Shown in pieces: positions 14,727 to 27,207 of a DNA stretch of 64,000 nt. This stretch comes from Kofleriaceae bacterium (lineage in GTDB: Bacteria; Myxococcota_A; Polyangia; Haliangiales; Haliangiaceae): positions 64,001 to 128,000 of the forward strand of contig CBDCCZ010000012.1 of the NCBI GenBank assembly GCA_965215005.1. Direction: 5' to 3'. The translations under genes were made by a program, and so were the position numbers. The notes below the pieces were generated by a model. That model had not been told where the DNA came from. It searched no databases and saw only the letters and a list, made by a program, of their open reading frames with translations. Each line of letters starts with the position of its first letter. Within the stretch, counting starts at the first letter, position 1.

Positions 14727-16416
14727 CTACGCCTCGGTGACGACCTTGTAGAGGAACTGCGCGGCGATGGCGCCCTCGCCCACGGCGGAGGCCACACGCT
14801 TCACGCTGCCTGAGCGCACGTCCCCCACGGCGAAAATGCCAGGACGCGATGCTTCGCCGATGTGCGGCATGCGGCGCGCCAACCACTGCGGCGACACCAG
14901 ATGCTCCGTGGAGAGGTCGGCGCCGGTCTTAACGACCGCGATCGTCCAGGAGCAGACAGCCGTTCAGCCAGGCAGTGTTCGGCCGGGCGCCGATCATGAC
15001 GAAGAGATGCCGGATCGAGGCGGAACGTTCGTCGCCGGTTTCTCGGTTGCGGAGACGAAGCGACTTCACGTGCTCTTCCCCCTCGATAGCCGAGACCTCC
15101 GTGCAGTAGTGCAGAGTGATGTTTGGCGTGGCCTCAATGCGCTGGATGAGATATGCACTCATGCCTTCAGCCAGCTGTTTGCCGCGGATCAGCATCTGCA
15201 CCGAGCGAGCCTGCCGCGCCAAGTAGATCGCCGCCTGCCCCGCAGAGTTGCCGCCGCCAACCACGACGACGTCCGCGCCGCGACAGAGCATCGCCTCCAC
15301 GGCGGTAGCGCCGTAGTAGACCCCGGTATTTTCCAGGCGCTCCTCGTTGGGCAGGTTCAATCGCCTCCACGTCGCGCCGGTGGCGACCACGATAGCGCGA
15401 GCGTGAATGTCCTCCTCGTCGTCTAGCCGCAGGCAAAACGGCGAATCCTCGCACTGGATGCTGGTCACCCGGCGCGGGGTGATGATCTCGGTACCGAACT
15501 TCTGCGCCTGCAGCATCATCCGCGCGCCCAGCGCCTGACCGCTGATGCCGGTGGGAAAGGCCGGATAGTTCTCGATTTTCGAGCTGGTACCGGCCTGGCC
15601 GCCAGGCGCGCGGGATTCGATGGCGATCACCGACAACCCCTCGGCGGCAGCGTTGACCGCGGCGGCGAGCCCGGCGGGGCCCGCTCCAACGACCGCCACG
15701 TCGTAAATCTCTGTCTCGCCCGACGGCGAGGAGAGCCCGATGAAGTCCGCCACCTTGCGGGGAGTCGGTCGGCGCAGCACCTCCTTGTTGCGGTAGATGG
15801 CAGCCGGCAGGTCGGCGGCGGCGAGGTCGAACTGTGACATGACGGCTTGGGCCTCGTCGGGGTTCTCCCGCGGGTCGATGGCGCGGTGGGGATGGCCGTT
15901 GCGGGTCAGGAAGGTGCGGAGACCCACGAGCTCACCATGTTCCGGGTCGCCCAGGAGAGTCAGGTCGCCATGTTGCTGGTAGATCAAGCCCATTCGCCTG
16001 AGGATGAAGGCCCGCACGATGGTCTCGGAGAGCTCGGCGTTGGTGGCCAGCATGCGGCGGAACGCTGCGCGATCCAGAAAGGCCATCTCCCCGGCCTGAG
16101 TGCAGCGGCCACGCACGATGGCGCGGCGATTGGAGAACATGTCGATCTCGCCGGAGAAAGCGCCGGGCCCGTGCTCGACGATGGTGGTCGTCTCCCGGCA
16201 CCCATCCAGCTCGATGGCGAGCTTGCCACTGCGCACCAGGATGAAGTCGGTGTGATGGTCACCGACGTCGAAGAGCACCTCTCCCTGCGGTACGTGACGG
16301 ACGCAGCCATAACTCGCCACTCGCTCGGCCGAGGCCTCGTCGAGCACCGGCTGCATTTCCTCCATACGCTCGTACGGATTCTTCGGGATGTTGGGATCGG
16401 TGTCGGTGGACGCCAT
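14727..16416 (-). pseudogene. cNMP-binding domain / thioredoxin-reductase-like FAD oxidoreductase, frameshifted near 14935
   Basis: cNMP domain (GAFSGEIDMF), GAGPAG, GGGNSAG; frame stops at LDDRGR*, while VKTG...GIFAVGDVRSGSVKRVASAVGEG...TEA* continues in another frame to TAG at 14727. Confidence 0.8.
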
Positions 16417-16529
16417 GGAGGGGACGGTAGCACCGGGTGGCCCGGGCGCATGCGACGGGACGATGGCCAAGCCCAGCGCCGGCGGCTGCCGGGCCGCAGC
16501 AACACCGCCGACGGCCGCGTCACCACGCA

Positions 16530-16589
16530 GGCGCGGTCGGGCTAGCCGTCGATGGCGCGGTCGGGCTAGCCGTCGATGGCGCGGTCGAT
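16530..16589. repeat. 24-bp tandem duplication spanning a stop codon
   Basis: ggcgcggtcgggctagccgtcgat at 16530-16553 and 16554-16577, plus a shortened ggcgcggtcgat. Confidence 0.9.
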
Positions 16590-17396
16590 GGCGCGCTGGT
16601 TGTCGTCTAGGCTCGGGTCATCTTTGTCGCCATCGGCGGTGATCGACTTGATGATGTTGCTCGCCGGACGCTTCGCGGGCGCATTGGCCTCGCGAACGGC
16701 TAGCAGCTCTTTCTGCGTGGAGGCATCGGTCACGACTAAGCAGAAGGCGCCATGAAATGCGAGCTTGTCGAGCGCCTGAAGACTGTAGCCCTTGCTCGAC
16801 CACATCAGCCCGCGGTCGATCTCGGTGCCGGCGCCAAATCGAGCTTCCATCAGCTCTTTGAAGCGATCGAAGGTCGGGTCACCCGCGAGCATCTCGGTGC
16901 TCAGCTGAATGAACATCTTGTAGAGCTTGCCGCGGAAGAAGAAGAAGAACCGCCGCTGATCCTTGCCCTCCTGGTTCTCCCACAACACCATCATCGATTC
17001 GTCGGTGCGATGGGCAAACTGGTCGTCGATGATCGAGACGTCCCAGCCCTGCTTTTGCCCTTTGAACTCGACGAAGGATTTCTTGAAACGCTCCAGCTCC
17101 TTCTTGCGATCGCGGCGCAGCCTATCCTGCTGATAGACATCGCTGGTGCTCGCCAGCTCCTCCGCGTAACGCTCGCCGAGTTGCTTGGACACCACTTGAC
17201 GCACTTGCTCCGGCGTCATGCCGAACTCGAACGGCCCCATCACTTGAGCCAGCGCCTCTTGATCGGCCGTCTTGACCTTGGCGACGGCCTTCTTTTTGGC
17301 CTTGGCGCGCTTGGCGACGGCCAAGCCGGGGGTGGCGACGACGCCGAGCAGCGCGATGAGACAAAGAGTGATGCAGGTACGGGTGCGACGAAGCAT
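16566..17396 (-). CDS. Exported hypothetical protein
   Basis: Signal peptide (LAVA-K), Lys-rich N-terminus, GPFEFGM and RRFFFFFRGKLYK segments. Confidence 0.75.
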   Translation of the reverse strand: MLRRTRTCITLCLIALLGVVATPGLAVAKRAKAKKKAVAKVKTADQEALAQVMGPFEFGMTPEQVRQVVSKQLGERYAEELASTSDVYQQDRLRRDRKKELERFKKSFVEFKGQKQGWDVSIIDDQFAHRTDESMMVLWENQEGKDQRRFFFFFRGKLYKMFIQLSTEMLAGDPTFDRFKELMEARFGAGTEIDRGLMWSSKGYSLQALDKLAFHGAFCLVVTDASTQKELLAVREANAPAKRPASNIIKSITADGDKDDPSLDDNQRAIDRAIDG

Positions 17397-17534
17397 GAAA
17401 AACCTTCCCTAGGGGCTTCCGCAGTGTAGATCGCGGGTTTGTGCGCCACAAGCGGGGACGGCGGAGCCGCCGCGATATTCACTGCCGTGCAGAAACAGCG
17501 CGTGCCGTGTACGGAAGCGTGCGCGGCGCACCTG

Positions 17535-20492
17535 CTAATCGCTGAGCGACGCCGGCGCCTCGCTCGCAGATAATGACTCGGAGGCGCCCGTCAAGGCATC
17601 GGGCTCGAGGTGGACGTCTAGCTCGCGTCCCGATACCGAGCCGTGGCACCCGCCGCAAACAGCATCGAACAAGTCCTGCCGAATGCCAAGGCTGATGACC
17701 TCGCCAGGACCCATCTGGTGCTCTTCCCGCATGGTCGTGATGACCTGGCCGCGCTCGTCTTGCAGCTCGAACACCAGCGGCGTTCGCGCCGGCACCCGCA
17801 CCTTGATGCTGCCGTCCTCCGCCAGCGGCGCCCGCCCTATCAGCGTGCGCTGCTCAAAGATGTCATCGCGGCTGCCGCTCGCTCCGGCGGGGGCCTCGGC
17901 CTCGCGATACGCCGCGAGCTGGGTGGCATCGCGAAACAAAAATGCAGGCCGACCGCGGCGCAGATTGGCGCCGAGCAACGTGAACACCTGCGGTGCGTCA
18001 GGAAAGTGGACGACCGCTTCATCGCTACCGCCGGTCGTGTCTTGATTCACGGTGCCGCCGAAGACCAGCTGGCGGCGGTTGTAGTAGAGCGCGCGCGGCG
18101 GATGTCGAATCGCGAGCACCGCCTCCACCTGCGCCCCCGGACCACCGATCAACATTTGCCGCGCGCCGGTGCGCGGCTCGATGGCGACCACGTCCCACGC
18201 AAGCGACTGCGCCGTCGCCAGATCGCCGCTGTAGTTGGCCCACGAAGCCATGAGCTGCCCCGAAGGCAATGGGTGCGGCGAGCGATAGACGCCGCTCGTC
18301 GTTGCCCCAACGCGGCCGGTGGCAGCGCGGTCGACGATATACATCGACGGCAGGTATCCAGGATCGGTGCGCCCTTCTTCGTGGGGACCGATGCTGCGGT
18401 TGAAGATCGCCAGGGTTCCCGCGCCACCGCGAGCGCCGGCATCTGAGAGGACGACGAGGAAGTTGCCGTCGAGCCCTTCGCGCAGCTCCGTGGCCTGCTG
18501 ATATCCGATCGACGGCAGCGTTGCCATGGGGTCATCGGTGTTGGCGAGCGGGCTCTCACTGCGCTGCCCGAGCAGCGGGTGATAGTCGGTGAGGTCCCAG
18601 TTGATGCGGCGGCCAGCGAGTTGATAAAAGCCTTCGCTGACCTTTTCGGTGGTCATGATGATGCGCCCTTCGCGCAGCATCTGCGGGCTGATTTCGCTGT
18701 TGGTGAGAAACGTGACCTGCTCCCAGCTGCCGCCACGGATGTCCATCCGCCAGAGATCGGTCTGCGGCAAGAACAACGCGCGCGACACGCTGGGACCACT
18801 GGCGCCGCCTTTGGTGGAGGCGAATACGATGCTTTGGCCATCAGGGGCCCACGCGGGATCGACGTTGTGAATGGCAATGCCGTTTTGAGGCGGCTCTGCG
18901 GCGGTGAGACGTCGGCAGCCGCTGCCATCGACGTCGACCACGTAGATGCCAAACGGATCGCTCGCGGCAGTGCGCATGGCGAATGCGATGGTAGTGCCGT
19001 CAAAGCGAACATCGGGGCCGCGAACATCGACCGTCGCGCGATCGCCGGCGCCGGGGCAGCCATCGAGGAGCGAGCGCGACGGACCGACCTCGACGATGCG
19101 GCTGTCCTCGCCGAGGGTCGCATCGGCGAGCAGCAAGTCAGAACCGGGTTGGTAGATGTCGAGCTCGAGCGGCGTTGCCACGTGCGACTCCTGGCGCTCG
19201 ACGTAGATGAGGGGCAGCGTATCGGCCGGCGCCATCGGGCTCACTTCTCCGCGCGCGGCGAGCTCTTCGCGCTCCAGGCGCACCCACTCTTGCAGCACGC
19301 AAAACGCTGGCCCATCGGGATCGAACGGCACCGGACACGCCGCTGGCGTAGCGCCCCCCGCGCCCGGCGTCTCGAGAATCGCGCCGCCGCGATGCGCGAT
19401 GCCGCCGTGACGCGGCAGCACGTTTTTGGCCACCGCCCTGCCCCGCCGCGCATCCGGCACTTCCAGGGCCATGAAGTCGTTCTTGAAGAGCTCGTAGTTC
19501 TTCTCGAGTGCCACCGGCGAAAAGAATCCTTGGCCGCCGGAGCGGAGCTTGAAGTCGTTGGTTGCACTCGGGGAGTGACAGGCCTCGAACGAGCAGCCGC
19601 GCGCGAGCAGGATCGGTTGCACGTTGTCGGCAAAAAACTGCCGGCCGCGGTCGCCCTGGCCAAAGTCGATCGGACCGACACTCTCGGCCCATCCTCGGAT
19701 GGCCAGATAATTGGCTGCTTCGCGGGACTTGAAGTGATCGCCGCCGGTGTGGAAGAAGCCACCACTGGCCACAGACAGCGGCACCTGCAGGAGCTGGGAG
19801 TTGTCCGGCGTCGCGTCGACGAACGCGCGCGCTTTGTAGAAGTTGAACGCCAGCTGCGCATCATCGCTGCCGCAGGTGATGTAGAAGTCCGATTGCGGCG
19901 CGCCGTGACAGGTCGCCGCACTGCAGCCTTCGAGCACCGGCTGCACCTCGGCCACGAAGCGATCGAAGCCGGCATTGGCAAGCTGCGGCGCGGGATCGAA
20001 GTCGTCGGGAACCATGGTGGAGCAGCCGCCGCTTCCCGAGCGCTGCGGCGCCGGCGGAGGCAAGCCGTTCTCGGTGGCGCCGTTTTCCATCCACGTGAGC
20101 AACGTAAGATAGGCCTGCGAGCCGACCTGCAAGTTGGAACCGCCGGCGTGCTGCACCTCGAGCGGCAAGAAGTCATCGCCGTAGGCAATCGAGAGGTTGC
20201 CAGCGCCGCCCACCGCCTTGATGAGCAGGACTGGAATCGAGTACGGGCCAAACGGCTGCAACAGATCGCGTCGCTTTTGCACGTTCTCGAAGCTGGTAAC
20301 GTCGAAGTTGCCGGCCGCGAAGCCGAATGGGTCGTCTTCGTCGACTTGATGGCAGCCGGCGACGTTGCGCGCGCACGACTGCACGAGGATGGGCTCGATG
20401 TCGCGCTCGTAATAGGTGGTGCCCGGCGTGGGCTCATTACACGCCGCGAGCAACGCGACGCCGCATAGGACAGATCCAAATCGCATCGTCAT
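17535..20492 (-). CDS. Multiheme c-type cytochrome lipoprotein with TolB/PD40-like propeller and HzsA-like C-terminal domain
   Basis: Lipobox LAAC; CARNVAGCH, CSAATCH, CSFEACH, CGGCH; DPAWAPDGQSIVFAS repeat; EDGSIKVRVPARTPLVFELQD...PGE. Confidence 0.75.
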   Translation of the reverse strand: MTMRFGSVLCGVALLAACNEPTPGTTYYERDIEPILVQSCARNVAGCHQVDEDDPFGFAAGNFDVTSFENVQKRRDLLQPFGPYSIPVLLIKAVGGAGNLSIAYGDDFLPLEVQHAGGSNLQVGSQAYLTLLTWMENGATENGLPPPAPQRSGSGGCSTMVPDDFDPAPQLANAGFDRFVAEVQPVLEGCSAATCHGAPQSDFYITCGSDDAQLAFNFYKARAFVDATPDNSQLLQVPLSVASGGFFHTGGDHFKSREAANYLAIRGWAESVGPIDFGQGDRGRQFFADNVQPILLARGCSFEACHSPSATNDFKLRSGGQGFFSPVALEKNYELFKNDFMALEVPDARRGRAVAKNVLPRHGGIAHRGGAILETPGAGGATPAACPVPFDPDGPAFCVLQEWVRLEREELAARGEVSPMAPADTLPLIYVERQESHVATPLELDIYQPGSDLLLADATLGEDSRIVEVGPSRSLLDGCPGAGDRATVDVRGPDVRFDGTTIAFAMRTAASDPFGIYVVDVDGSGCRRLTAAEPPQNGIAIHNVDPAWAPDGQSIVFASTKGGASGPSVSRALFLPQTDLWRMDIRGGSWEQVTFLTNSEISPQMLREGRIIMTTEKVSEGFYQLAGRRINWDLTDYHPLLGQRSESPLANTDDPMATLPSIGYQQATELREGLDGNFLVVLSDAGARGGAGTLAIFNRSIGPHEEGRTDPGYLPSMYIVDRAATGRVGATTSGVYRSPHPLPSGQLMASWANYSGDLATAQSLAWDVVAIEPRTGARQMLIGGPGAQVEAVLAIRHPPRALYYNRRQLVFGGTVNQDTTGGSDEAVVHFPDAPQVFTLLGANLRRGRPAFLFRDATQLAAYREAEAPAGASGSRDDIFEQRTLIGRAPLAEDGSIKVRVPARTPLVFELQDERGQVITTMREEHQMGPGEVISLGIRQDLFDAVCGGCHGSVSGRELDVHLEPDALTGASESLSASEAPASLSD

Positions 20493-20528
20493 CTGAGGGT
20501 ATGGCTGATGAGGAAGCGGCGATAGCGG

Positions 20529-21371
20529 TTATCGAAGCAGGCCTAGCGCTACCCGCGCCGTACGCGCCACCAGTGGCGAGGTGTCGGCGCTGGCCGCTTC
20601 TAGAGCACGACGTGAGGCTGCATCGCCGATGCGACCGAGCGCCCACGCCGCATTGCGCCGCACCGCCGGGTCCGAATCCGCCGCCAGCTGGGCCTCGAGC
20701 GCGGTGCGCGCCGCGCCTTCGCGTAAATTGCCAAGTACGGCGATGGCTTTGCGGCGCACACGTAAGTCACCATCGGACACCAGCGGCACCAGCGCCGCGG
20801 CCTCCGTTTGCTCGCGCAAAGCCAACCACGCGCCCGCTGCTTCGAGCCGAACGTCGGCAGCGTCGTCGCCGAGCGCCGCCGCAATCGCAGGACGCGCCGC
20901 GGGATGACCGATGGTGCCCAGGGCGCGCACCAGATGCTGCCGCGCCTCGGGCGCAAGACCCTTGCGAGATAGCGCCGCGGCGAGCGGCGCGACGGCTTCG
21001 GGGTGGCGAAACGTGCCGAGAATATCGGCGGCGTTGCGCGCCTTCTGCGCGTCTTGGCCCTGCAGATAGGCCAGCGAGCGCTCGGTGAGCTCGCGCTTCT
21101 GCGCCGGCCGCCGCGCAAACCACCACGCCGCGGCTTCGCGCACCTCGTAGCGCTCGTCATCCAGGAGCGCCATCACCGGCTCGATGCACGCCGCGCACAC
21201 CAGCCGCTCGGCCCGCTCGAGCTCGGCGATGATGGCATCGCTCGAGCCGGTGTGAATGGCGTTGACGATGCGACTGGCGCTGCCGCCGCGGCCGGCAACG
21301 GCCGGCGCGCTCGCGAGCAGCAGCGCGCCGAACGCGGCAAGCGCAATGGAACGATGTGCCATGGTCTTCAT
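20529..21371 (-). CDS. Exported HEAT-repeat (PBS-lyase-like) protein with CxxC
   Basis: Signal peptide (PAVA-G), CAAC, repeats VREAAAWW, VRLEAAGA, VRRKAIAVLG, VRRNAAWALGRIG; start re-called at ATG 21371. Confidence 0.8.
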   Translation of the reverse strand: MKTMAHRSIALAAFGALLLASAPAVAGRGGSASRIVNAIHTGSSDAIIAELERAERLVCAACIEPVMALLDDERYEVREAAAWWFARRPAQKRELTERSLAYLQGQDAQKARNAADILGTFRHPEAVAPLAAALSRKGLAPEARQHLVRALGTIGHPAARPAIAAALGDDAADVRLEAAGAWLALREQTEAAALVPLVSDGDLRVRRKAIAVLGNLREGAARTALEAQLAADSDPAVRRNAAWALGRIGDAASRRALEAASADTSPLVARTARVALGLLR

Positions 21372-21385
21372 AGGAGCCGCCTCGG

Positions 21386-23563
21386 TCACGGGTTGGGGCG
21401 ATTTTCGCGGGAATAGAACTGGCCACCGCCATCGGCCATCAAGATCAGCAAGTGATACTCGTCGGCGGTGAGGTCGGTGAAGCCTTGCATCTGCGCATGT
21501 GTGGCAGCGTCGAAGGCACGCACCGAGGCGTCCTCGGCCGGAAACAGCTGCATCGGGTTGAGCACCTTGAGCAATTCCGAGCCGCGGGCATCGCCGGGAC
21601 GCACGTAGTGCGGGACCTGCCCTTCGATGAGTAGTCCCGCCTCTTCGAGATCCATCATCATCGGCCCGAGCAGCGACAGGTGCGAAGCCGAGTAGCCCGC
21701 GAGCATGACCTCGCCGATGCCGTAGTCGACCTGCTGGCCGCGCAAATCGAAGGTCCAGCTCATGGACGCGCCGCTGGCGGTATCGGTGATGGTCCAGCTC
21801 GGGTTGGCCGGGCCGGCGCTGCCGTCGTGGCACGAGACGCACTTGGCGTCGAAGATGGGCTGCAGCGCAAGATCCCACGGCACGCCGATGACGTCGTCGC
21901 GGTCGTAGCGGAGCGATTGCCGCTCGGCGCGCGAGGCTCGGCTGCGCAAATCGTCGGGGCCAATGGCCACCGCCTCGGTGATGCCGGGTTGAATGACCGT
22001 GGTGCCGCTGCGCGACTCGTGGCAGCCACCGCAGAAGCGCGACTCGCCGGGCGCCCCCGAGATCCACACCGGCTCATTCGTCACCGCCATGCCGAAGCGA
22101 TCGACAGTCTGCAAGTGGACGGGAACGTTGGGGGGAATCAACGCAGCCCAGCTGCCGTCATCGCGTACCTGCGCATAGCCGAGGTGCGCGGCGCCTTCAT
22201 GCTCGGTGAGACCAAAGTCGTTGGGCACGCCCTCCTCGACCGAGAAGCCTTCCAGAATGCGAACCGCGGCAATCGAGCCCGGCGCGGGGTTGGCGATGCT
22301 CGAGGCGTAGACGTTCATCGAGCCGAGGAGGACCGCCTGATCACTGAACTGATTGCTGCCGGAGGGCTCGATGGTCGGCGGCGCCTTGCGCGCGATCAGC
22401 GGCCGAGCAAACACGTCCCAGGTCGCCGGATCGTTGTAGATCGGCCTGCGCCGCGCGTTCTTGGAGTCGTAGAGATAGATGCCGAAGTCAGCCTCGAGGC
22501 CCGCGGCTTCTAGCGTGCCCGACTCCACCGGGCCGTCGGCCCACGACACCAGCAGGTTCGGGTATTCGCGCGCATCGAGCGCGTAGGCATCATAGTAGCG
22601 GCCAATCGTCTGGGACGACGGCTCGCGCCCCAGCGGCACCTGCGGCGTGAGGATGCGATAGGAGGCGGTTGCCTCGCTCATGTTGCGGTCGGCGCGCAGC
22701 ACGCCGTCTTCAGACCACACCTGGCCGAGGCGGATGTCGAGGATCGCCCCGGACTGCAGCGTGCGATCGCGCGAGGAGCCGATGGCGATGACTCTGCCCG
22801 GCGCTACCTCGACCGCCTTGAGATACGAGTTGGTGACCCCGGTGCCCTCTTTGCCGAAGGCCTCGCGGATGGTGGTCATGTCGGGATTGCTGATGACCAG
22901 GTGGCCGGCGTTCATCTCACCCAAGTGGTCCCACTGGGTGAGCAGCACCCGGCCATCACTCATCAGGGTGGGAAAGACTCGATGCGAGAGGTTGCGAGCC
23001 CCGAGCCGCTCGCCACTGCCGTCGCGACCGATGACGCCCATCTGGGTGGTGGTGCCGCGCTCGTATTCGTCGCGGTGCTGCGGCGCGCCGGGCTCGGAGA
23101 CGGCGTTGGTCATGAAGAGGATGCGGTCTCCCGGCAGGAAGATCGGGTAGACGTAGTCGCGATTGGGATCGGTGGGCAACTGCTCGACCGAGTCGTTATC
23201 GAGCGAGTAGACGAACAAGCCATAGGCTTGGTCGCCCGACAGCCGCGCCGAGAAGACGATCTCGCGGGCATCGAAGGAAATGTCGTAGGAGCCGATGTCG
23301 GCCTCAGCCAGCTCTGGGCCTTTGTCATCGCAACAGAGCACGGTGAGCTCGCCGTCGGCGGTGGGCGGGCTCAGCATCACCAGCTGGGCGCCGGGGATGT
23401 AGGAGCTGTACTGAAAGATGTCGCCGACGCCGCTGCGAGGTTGGCGCTTGATGAACACCACCGCCTCCACGCCTGCGAGCGAATCGCTCGACGACGAGCC
23501 GCACCCGGCCCCGAGGCCAACGCCCACTGCAACACCCACGGCGATTAGAATCTGGTTGCGCAT
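21386..23563 (-). CDS. HzsA-like (hydrazine synthase alpha-related) diheme lipoprotein
   Basis: Lipobox GAGC; propeller repeats (DISFDAREIVFS, PTLMSDGRVL); DDGSWAALIPPNVPVHLQTVD...PGESRFCGGCHE; LQPIFDAKCVSCH. Confidence 0.8.
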   Translation of the reverse strand: MRNQILIAVGVAVGVGLGAGCGSSSSDSLAGVEAVVFIKRQPRSGVGDIFQYSSYIPGAQLVMLSPPTADGELTVLCCDDKGPELAEADIGSYDISFDAREIVFSARLSGDQAYGLFVYSLDNDSVEQLPTDPNRDYVYPIFLPGDRILFMTNAVSEPGAPQHRDEYERGTTTQMGVIGRDGSGERLGARNLSHRVFPTLMSDGRVLLTQWDHLGEMNAGHLVISNPDMTTIREAFGKEGTGVTNSYLKAVEVAPGRVIAIGSSRDRTLQSGAILDIRLGQVWSEDGVLRADRNMSEATASYRILTPQVPLGREPSSQTIGRYYDAYALDAREYPNLLVSWADGPVESGTLEAAGLEADFGIYLYDSKNARRRPIYNDPATWDVFARPLIARKAPPTIEPSGSNQFSDQAVLLGSMNVYASSIANPAPGSIAAVRILEGFSVEEGVPNDFGLTEHEGAAHLGYAQVRDDGSWAALIPPNVPVHLQTVDRFGMAVTNEPVWISGAPGESRFCGGCHESRSGTTVIQPGITEAVAIGPDDLRSRASRAERQSLRYDRDDVIGVPWDLALQPIFDAKCVSCHDGSAGPANPSWTITDTASGASMSWTFDLRGQQVDYGIGEVMLAGYSASHLSLLGPMMMDLEEAGLLIEGQVPHYVRPGDARGSELLKVLNPMQLFPAEDASVRAFDAATHAQMQGFTDLTADEYHLLILMADGGGQFYSRENRPNP

Positions 23564-23703
23564 CCCCTGGCCTCCTTCGCTCGACCCTTCGCAAGTTCAG
23601 TGCCACGCTCAAAGCCGCGCGAAGACGCCAGCTGCCGTGCTTCGCGGGGGCCGCAAGCCGCGGCGCTGTTTCGCCATCGGGGGCAACAGGCCACGCGCAC
23701 GCC

Positions 23704-26298
<2,595 letters not shown>

Positions 26299-26357
26299 CG
26301 ACGAGGTGTACCAGGGCGCTGTGACGGGCGGCAACGGCGCCGCCGGTAGCATGAGCG

Positions 26358-27101
26358 CTAGCGAACGCGGGTCACGTACGCGATGACGTGCTGCTGGTCT
26401 TCGAAGCGCTCTTTGCCGCGCAGCGCATCATCGTAGCTCGCGTAGTGCCCGAGGCGAACGCGATACCAGGTGCCCTTGTCCTGCACCTCCGCCTCGACCA
26501 TGTACACCCTCCAGCCCGCCTGCTTCATCTCGGCCACAAACGCATCGGCCTCGCCGCGATCCTGGAACGAAGAAAGCTGCAGGGTGAACTTGGCCTCCGC
26601 GGCAGGCGCTTCGCGCGCTGGCGCGATGAGCGCGGGCTTGGCCGGCGTGGCCGCGGGCTTGACCGGGGCGCTCACCGGCTTGGCGGCGGCGGGCGCGGGC
26701 GCGGGATGCTCTGGCTCGGCGGCCGCGGCCTCATCGGCACCGCGGTCGCTCACGGCTGCCAAGGCTTGCTCGCTGGCGGCTCGCTGGCGCGCCGCCGCGG
26801 TGAGCTCGGCATCCACCTCCTCGAGGTCGTGACCTTCTGTGAGTGCAGCGGGAAACGTCAGCGCGGGGCGCTGCTCGTCGACGCTGAGCTGGTCGAGCGC
26901 GGCGAGAGGATCGAGCGCCGCGTTGGTCGCAGCGCTCGCTTCCAAATGGGCACGCGCTTCGACGCGCTTGCCGACCATCACCCCGAGGACGAACACCAGG
27001 CTCGCGATGATGGCGCCGCCAAAGAAGAGATAAAAGATCTGGCGGCCGTCGAGGCTGACCTCGATTTTGTCTTTGAACAGCTCGGTGTCGGCGGTGCGCA
27101 T
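26358..27101 (-). CDS. SPOR-domain membrane protein (FtsN/DedD-like)
   Basis: N-terminal TM, Ala/Pro linker, FTLQLSSF...WYRVRLG SPOR domain; GGAGG RBS. Confidence 0.85.
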   Translation of the reverse strand: MRTADTELFKDKIEVSLDGRQIFYLFFGGAIIASLVFVLGVMVGKRVEARAHLEASAATNAALDPLAALDQLSVDEQRPALTFPAALTEGHDLEEVDAELTAAARQRAASEQALAAVSDRGADEAAAAEPEHPAPAPAAAKPVSAPVKPAATPAKPALIAPAREAPAAEAKFTLQLSSFQDRGEADAFVAEMKQAGWRVYMVEAEVQDKGTWYRVRLGHYASYDDALRGKERFEDQQHVIAYVTRVR

Positions 27102-27207
27102 GAAAACCTCCCGTCGTGTAGGACTATCACCCACACATGAGCCGGGCAAACAAACGGCTCCGATCATTGTCGCCCGCGCCGCCGAGTGCGGGCAGCATTT
27201 GCCGGCG

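Noticed and set aside
16530..16589. CRISPR array (also considered for 51486-51558)
   Set aside because: Repeats are directly adjacent with no unique spacers, only 2-3 copies, and no cas genes in the window
21372..22067. N-terminal 230 aa of the 512-aa ORF call for the HEAT protein
   Set aside because: Overlaps the HzsA-like gene in another frame and is Arg-rich nonsense; a signal peptide starts at ATG 21371
17535..23563. Interpretation as true anammox hydrazine synthase
   Set aside because: No hzsB/hzsC, hydrazine dehydrogenase or other anammox context, and the host looks myxobacterial; HzsA-like domains occur outside anammox bacteria
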